This document shows, piece after piece, positions 39,401 to 47,251 of a stretch of 64,000 nt of DNA; the stretch's first letter is position 1, and each line of letters starts with the position of its first letter. The notes below the pieces were generated by a model. The model was not told where the DNA came from, did not search any database, and worked only from the letters and a program-made list of their open reading frames with translations. This stretch comes from Bacteroidota bacterium. GTDB lineage: Bacteria; Bacteroidota; Bacteroidia; JABDFU01. The stretch spans positions 1,629 through 65,628 of the forward strand of contig JABDEY010000002.1 of assembly GCA_013286805.1 (NCBI GenBank), in the 5' to 3' direction. Both the position numbers and the translations under genes were made by a program.

Positions 39401-39980
39401 CAGCAGTCATCAGTCGGCAATTGGCACGGAGGAGGGGCAAGGGATAAGCGGTGAGAGAGGGGAAGGGGTTATGGGAGATCGGTTAGCAGTTAGCGTTGAA
39501 AGGGCAAAGCGATCGGAGACTGTTTTTCTGAAGGATTGTCAGATCGATACGGACTTTGAATTGCTGATCCCGGATAGTTATGTCAGTAACAGTACAGAAC
39601 GCCTGAGTCTGTACCGGGAATTGGATGACAGTAAAACAGAAGCTGATCTGGTGTTATTTGAGCAGCGGCTGAAGGACCGATTTGGCCCTTTGCCGGAGCC
39701 AACGATTGAATTGATTCATACGGTTCGTTTGCGTTGGCTATCTGTTCAATTGGGCTTTGAGAAAGTTGTTTTGAAGAAAAGTAAACTTCTGGGTTATTTC
39801 ATTTCGAAACCGAATTCAGCCTATTTTCAGAGTCCTGTTTTTTCAAAGGTTCTGAATTATGTTCAGCAGCATGGACGACTGTGTAAAATGAAGGAAGTGA
39901 ACCATAAGCTGAGCCTGACGTTTGAGCATATTCATTCGATTGATCAGGCCATTGATTCGTTAAGAAAAGTTGCAGTGTAA
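36429..39980 (+). CDS. mfd: Transcription-repair coupling factor.
   Basis: UvrB-homology N-terminus, the RNAP-interacting domain, a DEAD/DEAH helicase core (ICGDVGFGKTE; VIDEEQKFGV; LRGRVGRS) and the TRCF C-terminal domain. A ~60-aa low-complexity insertion after LEELREDMKMR is not typical. Confidence 0.92.
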   Translation: MNALEGLVGLYSKSDNTLSFVEKLKMKRNSHVRLKGLAGSSAAFVVASAAAHLGNLNVCILPEQESAAYFLNDLENILGKSRVLFFPAAGRRGHNHAGPDYSNLLLRTEVLTGLISDRGLISSPGLPPVSSQEKKEARYIVTYPEALEDKVATKSYLLKNTLQVQKGEKLSIDFVVDVLLEYGFDRCDYVSGPGQFSVRGGIIDVFSFSNDDPYRIELSGDEVESIRSFDATSQLSIDQLEEITVVPDLQTEVAGESRQNFLEYIPADTIIWLNNIEKGNEKNEPGESFDNYIRNFSCVEFGQSYYFEPDLELVYDFVPQPVFNKNFDLLLANLRENVAGGFRNIIFSDTQKQVERLRNIFNDLEPPVRREDLGNREGDRNDSETEVNTDQAADPELFVPIHLSIHEGFRDKQNKVACYTDHQIFERYHRFRLKNTFSKTSEAITLKEIKGLNPGDYITHIDHGVGRYGGLEKMEVNGKLQEAIRLVYRDNDILYVSIQSLHRISKFSSKEGAVPKTDKLGSAAWQNLKQKTKRKVMEIAFDLIKLYAERKAKKGFAFAPDTYLQNELEASFIYEDTPDQLKATIDVKKDMEDQAPMDRLICGDVGFGKTEIAVRAAFKAVVDGKQAAVLVPTTILALQHFKTFSERLKGIPCTVDYINRFKSAKEQKETLQKLAEGKIDIIIGTHRIVGKDVKFKDLGLLVIDEEQKFGVGVKDKLKTIKVNVDTLTLTATPIPRTLQFSMMGARDLSIINTPPPNRYPIQTELHSFNHELIRETILYEVSRGGQVFFIHNRVGTLVEMELLINKLCPKVKTLTVHGQMDGEKLEEAMMNFINGDYDILISTTIVESGLDIPNANTMIINDAHTFGLSDLHQLRGRVGRSNKKAFCYLLAPPLSVLTTEAQKRLRAISEFSDLGSGFQISMRDLDIRGAGNLLGAEQSGFITEIGYEMYQKILDEALEELREDMKMRGQTATGRPEPAGAEVVTGDRLSVSSHQSAIGTEEGQGISGERGEGVMGDRLAVSVERAKRSETVFLKDCQIDTDFELLIPDSYVSNSTERLSLYRELDDSKTEADLVLFEQRLKDRFGPLPEPTIELIHTVRLRWLSVQLGFEKVVLKKSKLLGYFISKPNSAYFQSPVFSKVLNYVQQHGRLCKMKEVNHKLSLTFEHIHSIDQAIDSLRKVAV

Positions 39981-40012
39981 AAGTGAAAAAAACACGATTT
40001 TTTTTTTACCGA

Positions 40013-40594
40013 TTACCGATCCTTCCAGCGGAAAGTTTTGATGAGTTTAAAGACGTCCTTGCGGATAAACTCTACTACAGGGGCTATGGAATCACTGTTG
40101 GGTGGGGCGATAAAATAAAGTGCGCCACGGAGAAAGTGAGTGGTGCTGTCTGTCAGGTAGAATTGAAGAGAGGAGGCGGCATTTCCTTCAATGTCATAAA
40201 CTAATCCGTACACGTGCGTAGAATCATTGTGAATCACCATCTCTTCTATGGAGGATGCTTTGATTTCATGTTTGGATGCCAGGGTATGCGCATCTTCAAG
40301 GTATTGACGAAGATTGTTGTGTACAGGCTTGTAGCTGATGTGTATGCGTCCCTTGTACCTTGGAAAATCAATGTTCAGCCAGCAGGGTTCTGAATTTTTT
40401 TCTTCAGCAGGGTGCACAAAGGCGTAGGCGGGAGCTTCGAATGTAAACGGGCAATCTGAAATATAAGGCTGGTATTTTTTTTCCGGGAAATCAATTCGAA
40501 AATAGCCTCTTGGTTTTGGCTTTAAGTCCTCATCCCCTGAACCGCAGGCTGACAATAGAACGGTAAGGAAAATCAGGCTAAATACTGGATTCAT
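40013..40594 (-). CDS. gldD: Gliding-motility lipoprotein GldD.
   Basis: Lipobox (LLSACGS). About 190 aa. Motifs YFRIDFPEKKY...CPFTFE...YKPV. It sits immediately downstream of gldE in the Flavobacterium-type order mutY-ssb-gldE-gldD. Confidence 0.75.
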   Translation of the reverse strand: MNPVFSLIFLTVLLSACGSGDEDLKPKPRGYFRIDFPEKKYQPYISDCPFTFEAPAYAFVHPAEEKNSEPCWLNIDFPRYKGRIHISYKPVHNNLRQYLEDAHTLASKHEIKASSIEEMVIHNDSTHVYGLVYDIEGNAASSLQFYLTDSTTHFLRGALYFIAPPNSDSIAPVVEFIRKDVFKLIKTFRWKDR

Positions 40595-41849
40595 TTTGAG
40601 GCAGCGTGATCTTCACCCTTTTAATCTTCCGGCTGTCAGCAGATTCAATTGTAAAGACGATATTGTTAAAATTTACTTTTTCTCCCCTAGTCAGTATGCG
40701 CCCTTCCAGTTCAATTAAGAAACCGGCTAATGAGTCGGCTTCACCCTTGAATTGTTCAAATAAGGTGTCTTTCAGGTTCAGGACCCTGTATATGTCTTTC
40801 AGATTTACTTTACCTTCAAAGACATAATTGTATTCATCCAGTTTGGAATAAACAAGGTCATCATCGTCGAATTCGTCATTGATCTCTCCGATTATTTCTT
40901 CAATGATATCCTCGAGGGTGACTATACCGGAGGTTCCTCCATATTCGTCCACCACAATGGCCAGATGGATTTTATTAAACTGAAATTCTTTCAGCAGGTC
41001 GTCTATCTTTTTACTTTCCGGAACAAAAAAGGAGGGGCGCAAAAGTGTTTGCCATTCGAAATTTTGTTTTTCGAAGTGTGGCAACAAATCCTTTATGTAT
41101 AATATGCCGACTACGTTATCAAACGATTGTTTATATACAGGGATGCGGGAATAAGGTGATTCTTCAATGTTCTTAATTAAGTCCGGATAAGGTGTTGTAA
41201 AATCAAATGCTGTGATATTCATTCGGGAATGCATTATTTGCTTTACATCGGTATCTCCGAATTTAACTATTCCCTGCAAGAGTTTCTGGTCTTCCTGAGG
41301 AAGGGCTTCTTCTGAAGTAAGCTCAAGGGCATGTGACAATTGCTCAACAGATATACTATGCGTCTTTTTCTTTATTCTGTTGTCTATCATGGAGGTTGAG
41401 AATATCAGCAAGGAACTTAATGGATAACAAACATTTTCAAAGGCTTTGGTTGGAATGGCCAGCAATCGGGTGGTTGCCAGCGGATTCTGGAAGGCATATA
41501 CCTTTGGAATAATCTCACCTATAACAAGAATCAGGAAGGTTACTGCCACCACCTGTATTACAAATCCAAGCGTGGGGTTGGCCGTGAAGTCAAATAAGGC
41601 GGACATGATATAACTGGATAAAATAACGATGGCGATATTTACAAAATTGAGACTGATCAGCAAGGTGGCCAGCAGCCGTTTGGGTTTGTTAATCAGCTCC
41701 AGTATGCGTGCATCTGTTTTTGTGCCGGATTCTTTCAATGTCCCGAGATCGGAGGGGGCTAAGGCAAAAAATGCACTTTCGGCTGCAGAAATAACGGTGG
41801 TGAGGCATAATAATATGAAAATTCCTATCAGGGCGAAGACTGCACTCAT
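40578..41849 (-). CDS. gldE: Gliding-motility-associated CNNM/CorC-family protein GldE (DUF21 + CBS pair + CorC_HlyC).
   Basis: N-terminal DUF21 TM domain, tandem CBS domains and a C-terminal transporter-associated domain. Supported by synteny with ssb and gldD. Confidence 0.8.
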   Translation of the reverse strand: MSAVFALIGIFILLCLTTVISAAESAFFALAPSDLGTLKESGTKTDARILELINKPKRLLATLLISLNFVNIAIVILSSYIMSALFDFTANPTLGFVIQVVAVTFLILVIGEIIPKVYAFQNPLATTRLLAIPTKAFENVCYPLSSLLIFSTSMIDNRIKKKTHSISVEQLSHALELTSEEALPQEDQKLLQGIVKFGDTDVKQIMHSRMNITAFDFTTPYPDLIKNIEESPYSRIPVYKQSFDNVVGILYIKDLLPHFEKQNFEWQTLLRPSFFVPESKKIDDLLKEFQFNKIHLAIVVDEYGGTSGIVTLEDIIEEIIGEINDEFDDDDLVYSKLDEYNYVFEGKVNLKDIYRVLNLKDTLFEQFKGEADSLAGFLIELEGRILTRGEKVNFNNIVFTIESADSRKIKRVKITLPQNESSI

Positions 41850-42202
41850 TCTTCCAATGGCGTATTGGTTTCTTTACGACCCAGGATAACCAGATGGTCT
41901 CCTACTACTTCCGTCATGTAATGTTTGTTTCCTTCTTTGTCGGTCCAGTTCCGGGATCTTAACTTTCCTTCTATGTAAACCTGCATTCCTTTCTTGAGAA
42001 ATTTTTCCGCGATCTCTGCGAGGCCCCTCCATACTACTATGTTGTGCCATTCGGTTTGATCTACTTTATTTCCGGCTTTGTCTTTATAGGATTCATTTGT
42101 TGCCAGCGTGAAATTGGCAACGGCTACGCCGCCTTCCATATACCTGACCTCAGGATCTTTGCCCAGGTTTCCAATGAGTATTACTTTATTTACTCCTGCC
42201 AT
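41846..42202 (-). CDS. ssb: Single-stranded DNA-binding protein (short form, 118 aa).
   Basis: [37 protein letters not shown]...[12 protein letters not shown] is the canonical OB-fold SSB. Confidence 0.85.
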   Translation of the reverse strand: MAGVNKVILIGNLGKDPEVRYMEGGVAVANFTLATNESYKDKAGNKVDQTEWHNIVVWRGLAEIAEKFLKKGMQVYIEGKLRSRNWTDKEGNKHYMTEVVGDHLVILGRKETNTPLEE

Positions 42203-42263
42203 TATTGGTTTATTTGATAGGTGTTGCCAATGTGTATTGCGTTGCAGCTATAAAGTTAACTAT

Positions 42264-43340
42264 TTAATCATTCATGTAAATATCCAGCAATCTGGGTATA
42301 GGGTAGGTGTGAAATTCACCCTGTGTGACGCTCAGGTATTCTTTTGAAATTTTAAGTGGCCGCGTTATCTGTATTTTCCAAAAACGGGCAAAGATATGCT
42401 GGTGACTCAGGACGTGTTTGTAAGTTTTAGAAACGGATTTTATAATATAGGTGGGTTTGCGGCTAAGTGGTTTTGGTAAACGAACCTGGTTTGGCATAAA
42501 CATCGTTTCCCATGCTTTTGTTTTAAGTAGTTCTCGTTTTCCTAATTCGCGGTTGGTTTCAATGACCGGAAAGTCGTACAGGTTTTTCCAGATGTCTTTA
42601 CCACTACGTTTTTTGATCAGAAATGTGTTTTTGTATTGAATGAGGATGTAGTTAAAATAGCGATTCCGGATCTTGGTGATCTTTTCTTTTACCGGTAAAG
42701 CGTCAACCTTTTTCTTATGAAAAGCAAGGCAAATGCTACTGAAAATACAGTTTGGGCAGTCGGGGTTTGATGGCTTGCAGTATGTTGCTCCAAATTCCAT
42801 GATGGCCTGATTGAAAAGAGCAGGGTATTTTTTGTCAAGTAATTCGTTTGCCAGTCCCTGAAATTCCTTTTTCCCCGTACTGGAATCTGTGGGTGTTTTA
42901 ATTCCAAAGACGCGTGCCAGAACCCGATAGACATTTCCATCTACTACTGCACAAGGCTGGTTAAAGGAGATGGATGCTATGGCTGCGGCTGTATAGGGTC
43001 CAATGCCCTTTAATTTAATTATTTCATCATGGGAGTCCGGGAATTTGCCATTTAAATTCCGGACGATATGTTTGGCTGTTGCATGCAGATTTCTTGCACG
43101 GGAATAATAACCCAGACCCTGCCAGAGTTTTATCACTTTTTCTTCAGTGGCATCCGAAAGTTTTTCGATGGTTGGAAATTCTTTACAGAATTTCAGGTAA
43201 TAACTCATGCCCTGGTCCACTCTGGTTTGTTGAAGTATGATTTCTGATAACCAAATAAAATAGGGGTCTTGTGTATTGCGCCAGGGGAGGTCCCGTTTGT
43301 TTTGGGTATACCATTCTATAAGGGGGTCTGAAAAAATCAT
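42264..43340 (-). CDS. mutY: A/G-specific adenine DNA glycosylase.
   Basis: HhH-GPD domain (LPWRNTQDPYFIWLSEIILQQTRV), the 4Fe-4S cluster loop (CKPSNPDCPNC..C) and a C-terminal NUDIX-like domain. Confidence 0.9.
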   Translation of the reverse strand: MIFSDPLIEWYTQNKRDLPWRNTQDPYFIWLSEIILQQTRVDQGMSYYLKFCKEFPTIEKLSDATEEKVIKLWQGLGYYSRARNLHATAKHIVRNLNGKFPDSHDEIIKLKGIGPYTAAAIASISFNQPCAVVDGNVYRVLARVFGIKTPTDSSTGKKEFQGLANELLDKKYPALFNQAIMEFGATYCKPSNPDCPNCIFSSICLAFHKKKVDALPVKEKITKIRNRYFNYILIQYKNTFLIKKRSGKDIWKNLYDFPVIETNRELGKRELLKTKAWETMFMPNQVRLPKPLSRKPTYIIKSVSKTYKHVLSHQHIFARFWKIQITRPLKISKEYLSVTQGEFHTYPIPRLLDIYMND

Positions 43341-43489
43341 CTGTGTTTAGTTAGTGCCTGTACAGAAATTATCAATTAATGTTTTTCGATTATTCGCCTT
43401 TAAAGCAAGGCGTCCTTTCGTTCGGCTAATTTAACCTAAAACCGAATTACTTTTTGGATGCTTTAGGATTAAAATCTAACTTAGTTGTG

Positions 43490-43798
43490 ATGAAAACCTT
43501 CTTTTTACTAATTAGTATTAACTATATGGTTTGCGGATCTGTAACCGCACAACCAAGCGTCACTTCTCAAAATAAGATAAAGTTTGTGGAAGACCAGCAT
43601 GTCAAATTACTTTCAGGTTCCCGGTTCAATTATTTAAAAGCACTGCAATCCGCTTCTGTTGAGCCTTTCAAGTTTAAAAATGAATACGTATTTAGCTTAA
43701 AACAGCATACTTCCAGGTCAGCTGTTTTCTGCAGGATGGAGAATCTTTACAGAGAGAAATTCAATGTCTGGATAATGATTCATGCAGGTGATTGGTAA
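43490..43798 (+). CDS. Small hypothetical secreted protein.
   Basis: Signal peptide MKTFFLLISINYMVCGSVTAQ. No family recognised. Confidence 0.3.
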   Translation: MKTFFLLISINYMVCGSVTAQPSVTSQNKIKFVEDQHVKLLSGSRFNYLKALQSASVEPFKFKNEYVFSLKQHTSRSAVFCRMENLYREKFNVWIMIHAGDW

Positions 43799-43820
43799 AA
43801 TGGCATTGCGATAAGCAGAT

Positions 43821-44612
43821 ATGGTTAATTTCAGGGATCAATTAGGCCGGACTATACACATTGACAGCCCTCCCAGAAGGATTATATCGGTTGTCCCTTC
43901 CCAAACTGAATTACTTTACGATTTGGGCGCAGATGCGGAAGTTGTTGGCATTACCAAATTCTGCATTCATCCTGAACATTGGTTTAGAAATAAGGGAAGA
44001 GTTGGAGGCACAAAAAAAATAGATTTTGAAAAGGTAAGGTCATTGGAACCGGATCTTATTATTTGCAATAAGGAGGAAAATGAAAGGGAGCAAATTGAAA
44101 AGTTAATGGAACTTTACCCGGTTTGGGTAAGTGATATAAAAAATCTGGAGGATGCTGTCCAGATGATTATTTCTTTAGGTGACCTGATTGATAAGAAAGA
44201 AAAGGCAGGTAAGCTTGTTGAGAAAATCGGGCAGGAGTTTAAGAAACTGGAATTTATTAAAACGAACCAGGCAGTTCGAACTGCATACTTGATCTGGAAC
44301 AATCCAATTATGTGTGCGGGGACCGATACTTTTATTGACGAAATGCTTGGCTTATGCGGATTTCAAAATATTTTCAGCGGTTCTGACTCCCGATATCCTG
44401 AAATAGCTATTGAGGAATTAGGCCGGCAGAATCCTTCTCTGATTTTGTTATCGTCTGAACCATTTCCATTCAGGGAAAAGCATATCAGGGAATTTAGACA
44501 GGCTTGCCCCAAGGCGATCATAAAACTGGTTGATGGTGAGCTGTTTTCCTGGTACGGCAGCAGGCTGCAATATGCTCCTGAGTATTTCCTGAATTTAATT
44601 AAGTCTCTGTGA
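43821..44612 (+). CDS. TroA/BtuF-like (helical-backbone) ABC-type periplasmic binding-protein-fold protein; possible cobalamin or Fe-siderophore binder. No signal peptide seen.
   Basis: RRIISVVPSQTELLYDLGADAEVVGIT...LEPDLIIC...ILLSSEPFPF is typical of PBP class III (BtuF/FhuD-like). Confidence 0.55.
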   Translation: MVNFRDQLGRTIHIDSPPRRIISVVPSQTELLYDLGADAEVVGITKFCIHPEHWFRNKGRVGGTKKIDFEKVRSLEPDLIICNKEENEREQIEKLMELYPVWVSDIKNLEDAVQMIISLGDLIDKKEKAGKLVEKIGQEFKKLEFIKTNQAVRTAYLIWNNPIMCAGTDTFIDEMLGLCGFQNIFSGSDSRYPEIAIEELGRQNPSLILLSSEPFPFREKHIREFRQACPKAIIKLVDGELFSWYGSRLQYAPEYFLNLIKSL

Positions 44613-44760
44613 ATGTCTAAATTTTATTCTCAATGAATGTTTGAAATTTTATTCTCAATGAATGTCTGAAATTTTATTCTCAATGAATGTCTGAAATTTT
44701 ATTCTCAATGAATGGCCGAAATTCTATTCTTAATGCATGGCTGAAATTTAACTTTGAAAT
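44611..44760 (+). repeat. Six tandem direct repeats of a ~25-bp unit (TGAATGTCTGAAATTTTATTCTCAA) filling the whole intergenic space up to the ATG at 44761.
   Basis: Direct reading. Copies 3 and 4 are identical. Copies 1, 2, 5 and 6 carry 1 to 8 mismatches and degenerate towards the downstream gene. Each unit contains TGAATG. Confidence 0.9.
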
Positions 44761-45936
44761 ATGGAAACCAAATCCCTGAAATCCCAATTCTTACTTGACC
44801 CGAAGATTACCTATTTGAATTTTGGTTCTTTTGGTGCTTGCCCCAGGACAATTTTTGCTGATTATCAAACGTGGCAATTGGAACTGGAAAGAGAACCTGT
44901 GCAATTTATCTCCGTCAAGGGTCTTGACTATTTAAAGAAATCACGAGAGGCGCTCGCATGTTATATAAATTGTAATGCAGATGATCTGGTTTATACCACA
45001 AACCCTTCTTATGCCATAAATATAATTACCAGGAGCATGAAGCTGAAGGCCGGTGATGAAATTCTTGCCACTAATCTGGAATATGGAGCTTTGGATCGTA
45101 CCTGGAATTATTGTTGTAAAAAGGCCGGCGCAAAATATGTACGTCAGCCAATCGGATTGCCTTTGGTTTCAAAGGAAAAATTCATTGAGCAATTTTTCAG
45201 GGGCTTGACGGATAAAACAAAAGCGATTTTTATCAGCCAGATTACTAGTACTACTGCATTGATTCTTCCGGTAAAAGAAATTTGTGAAATAGCAAAGAAG
45301 AAGGGCTTGATGACGATTGTAGACGGAGCGCATGTGCCAGGGCATATAGCTCTGAATCTTGCTGATCTGAAAGCAGATATTTATACCGGTGCCTGCCATA
45401 AATGGATGTGCACTCCAAAAGGTTGTTCGTTTCTGTATGTAAAAAAGGAATTTCAATCGCTGTTCGACCCATTGGTTATCAGCTGGGGGTATGAAAGTAT
45501 GAGTCCTTCTGCTTCCCGGTTTTTAGATTATCACCAAATGCAGGGGACCCGTGATTTTTCTGCATTTCTGACCGTGCCAAAGGCAATCGCTTTTTTAAAT
45601 GAAAATAACTGGACTCAGGTGGCTTCTGTCTGTCGTGACCTCGCCCGGAAAAATCTTTTGAGGTTTTGTGCCTTGCTTGGCTCCAAACCGCTTTGCCCCC
45701 TGACTGATGAATTTCTTGGTCAAATGTGCAGTATACCTATATTAACAACTCAGCCGGAGGCGCTTCAACGTTTACTTTTTGAGAAATATAAAATAGAAAT
45801 TCCGTTGATGAGACAGGATGAACATGTTTTTATCAGATACTCTATCCAGGTGTTTAATACCCAGGAGGATCTGGATAAGCTGTTTAATGCTCTGGCCGAG
45901 CTAATTGCCCAGACGAATTTGATAAAGGTAAATTAA
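44761..45936 (+). CDS. PLP-dependent class V aminotransferase (cysteine desulfurase / isopenicillin-N epimerase-like).
   Basis: Fold-type I PLP motifs (ITYLNFGSFGACP; TIVDGAHVPGHIALNL; TGACHKWMCTPKGCSFL, PLP-Lys context). Confidence 0.7.
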   Translation: METKSLKSQFLLDPKITYLNFGSFGACPRTIFADYQTWQLELEREPVQFISVKGLDYLKKSREALACYINCNADDLVYTTNPSYAINIITRSMKLKAGDEILATNLEYGALDRTWNYCCKKAGAKYVRQPIGLPLVSKEKFIEQFFRGLTDKTKAIFISQITSTTALILPVKEICEIAKKKGLMTIVDGAHVPGHIALNLADLKADIYTGACHKWMCTPKGCSFLYVKKEFQSLFDPLVISWGYESMSPSASRFLDYHQMQGTRDFSAFLTVPKAIAFLNENNWTQVASVCRDLARKNLLRFCALLGSKPLCPLTDEFLGQMCSIPILTTQPEALQRLLFEKYKIEIPLMRQDEHVFIRYSIQVFNTQEDLDKLFNALAELIAQTNLIKVN

Positions 45937-45962
45937 GGTTATACAGAATAAGCAAAGAGTTT

Positions 45963-46865
45963 TTACTGCGGCTCCCTTAAAGTGAGCGGCGTTTTACCAT
46001 CCGTTATAATAATTTTGGTATTGGCTGAATTGGCCAGGGATTTCATAACTTCTATGCTCTTTAATTTAATTGACATATTGGTTATGGTGGAATTCTCCAG
46101 GTCCTTTGTTTTTTTTGCTGCGATGGCTTCTATCAGGCTTCGTTCGGCCTCTGTTTTCTGTTTTTCGAGTGCGTAGTTTTCCTGCAGGCGGTCCTGTTCA
46201 ATGCTGGATTCCTTCTCTAATCGTTGTTTCTCGGCAGCAAACTGCATTTGCTTTCTTTCTTTATCTATGGTTGATTCCGTTACTCTTTTCTGGGCGAGAA
46301 TTTCAATTTCCTGCTGTTTTGCCTGTTGTTCAGAAAGAACTTTCTTTTCAATGGCGTGATCAATTTCATCAGGTACATCTATGTAACGAACCAGGACCTG
46401 ATCAATGACAAAACCATAATGACCGATATCTGTATTCAGGTTATCAAAAATGGATTTCTCAAGAGCATCGCGCTGCATCATCAAATCCATGGCCCCATAG
46501 TTCAGGCAGGTTTCCCTTGCCTGTGCGGAGAAGTTATTCAAAATAATCTCATTTTCATATTTCATTCCGAGTGTCAGGTAAATGTTGTGAAGGGACTCTG
46601 GTTTGAGATGATAGAGGAGCGTGAGGTCTACTTTGGCTTCCATCCCTTCTCTCGTTGGCAACGTCAGTTTTACTGACAATTCTTTTATTCGTGTGCTGAA
46701 TTTTACGAAATGCGCTCCGAGACCTGAGCGATGTCTTCCTTCCGTAAAATTTTCGGGTTGAAGTTTACCTCTTACGATCTTCAATCCGATTTCTCCCGGA
46801 TTTATTGTCTTGCAGCTTGTAGCGGCGAAGACGAGCAGACCTAAAACGATTGTAGCAGTTTTCAT
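45963..46865 (-). CDS. SPFH/band-7 (prohibitin-like) lipoprotein.
   Basis: Lipobox (VFAATSC). SPFH core followed by a coiled-coil Glu/Gln/Lys-rich tail. Confidence 0.7.
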   Translation of the reverse strand: MKTATIVLGLLVFAATSCKTINPGEIGLKIVRGKLQPENFTEGRHRSGLGAHFVKFSTRIKELSVKLTLPTREGMEAKVDLTLLYHLKPESLHNIYLTLGMKYENEIILNNFSAQARETCLNYGAMDLMMQRDALEKSIFDNLNTDIGHYGFVIDQVLVRYIDVPDEIDHAIEKKVLSEQQAKQQEIEILAQKRVTESTIDKERKQMQFAAEKQRLEKESSIEQDRLQENYALEKQKTEAERSLIEAIAAKKTKDLENSTITNMSIKLKSIEVMKSLANSANTKIIITDGKTPLTLREPQ

Positions 46866-47251
46866 TTTATTTGGATATTGGTGTATTCTTCTTTGCGTCA
46901 AGCATCAGGCCGTAATGGGTTTATGGCAGAACCTTAACAATTATTAACTGAGCCGGATAAAATAAAATGAATGAAGGCATAACTCATTAAGGAATCATTA
47001 GAATCGATGGCAAGCGAAGCAAATCAAATTAAAGTTCCGGAGGGCAAAGTCAAATCAGTTTAAATCTCTGTGAAATTTTATTTATATTCACTTGACCTTG
47101 CATTTGCAAAGATTAGGCCTGCGGAAATGCTGGCTCAAATAACCACAGGTTATTTGCCCTCCCCGAAGGGGGCATATTCATGTAGTTTTGGTAAACGAGA
47201 ACGTTCATTGAAAGGACTCGTAATAGAAAAGATTAAATCAAATCAAGGCAA

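Noticed and set aside
39981-40012. A-run/T-run 'gtgaaaaaaacacgattttttttt' between convergent mfd and gldD as a terminator.
   Set aside because: There is no GC stem, only A/T complementarity. It may act as a weak bidirectional terminator, but the call is not well supported.
44611-44760. Possible CRISPR array (regular 25-bp direct repeats).
   Set aside because: The repeats are contiguous with no intervening spacers. The unit is short and AT-rich, and no cas genes are nearby. It is a simple tandem repeat.
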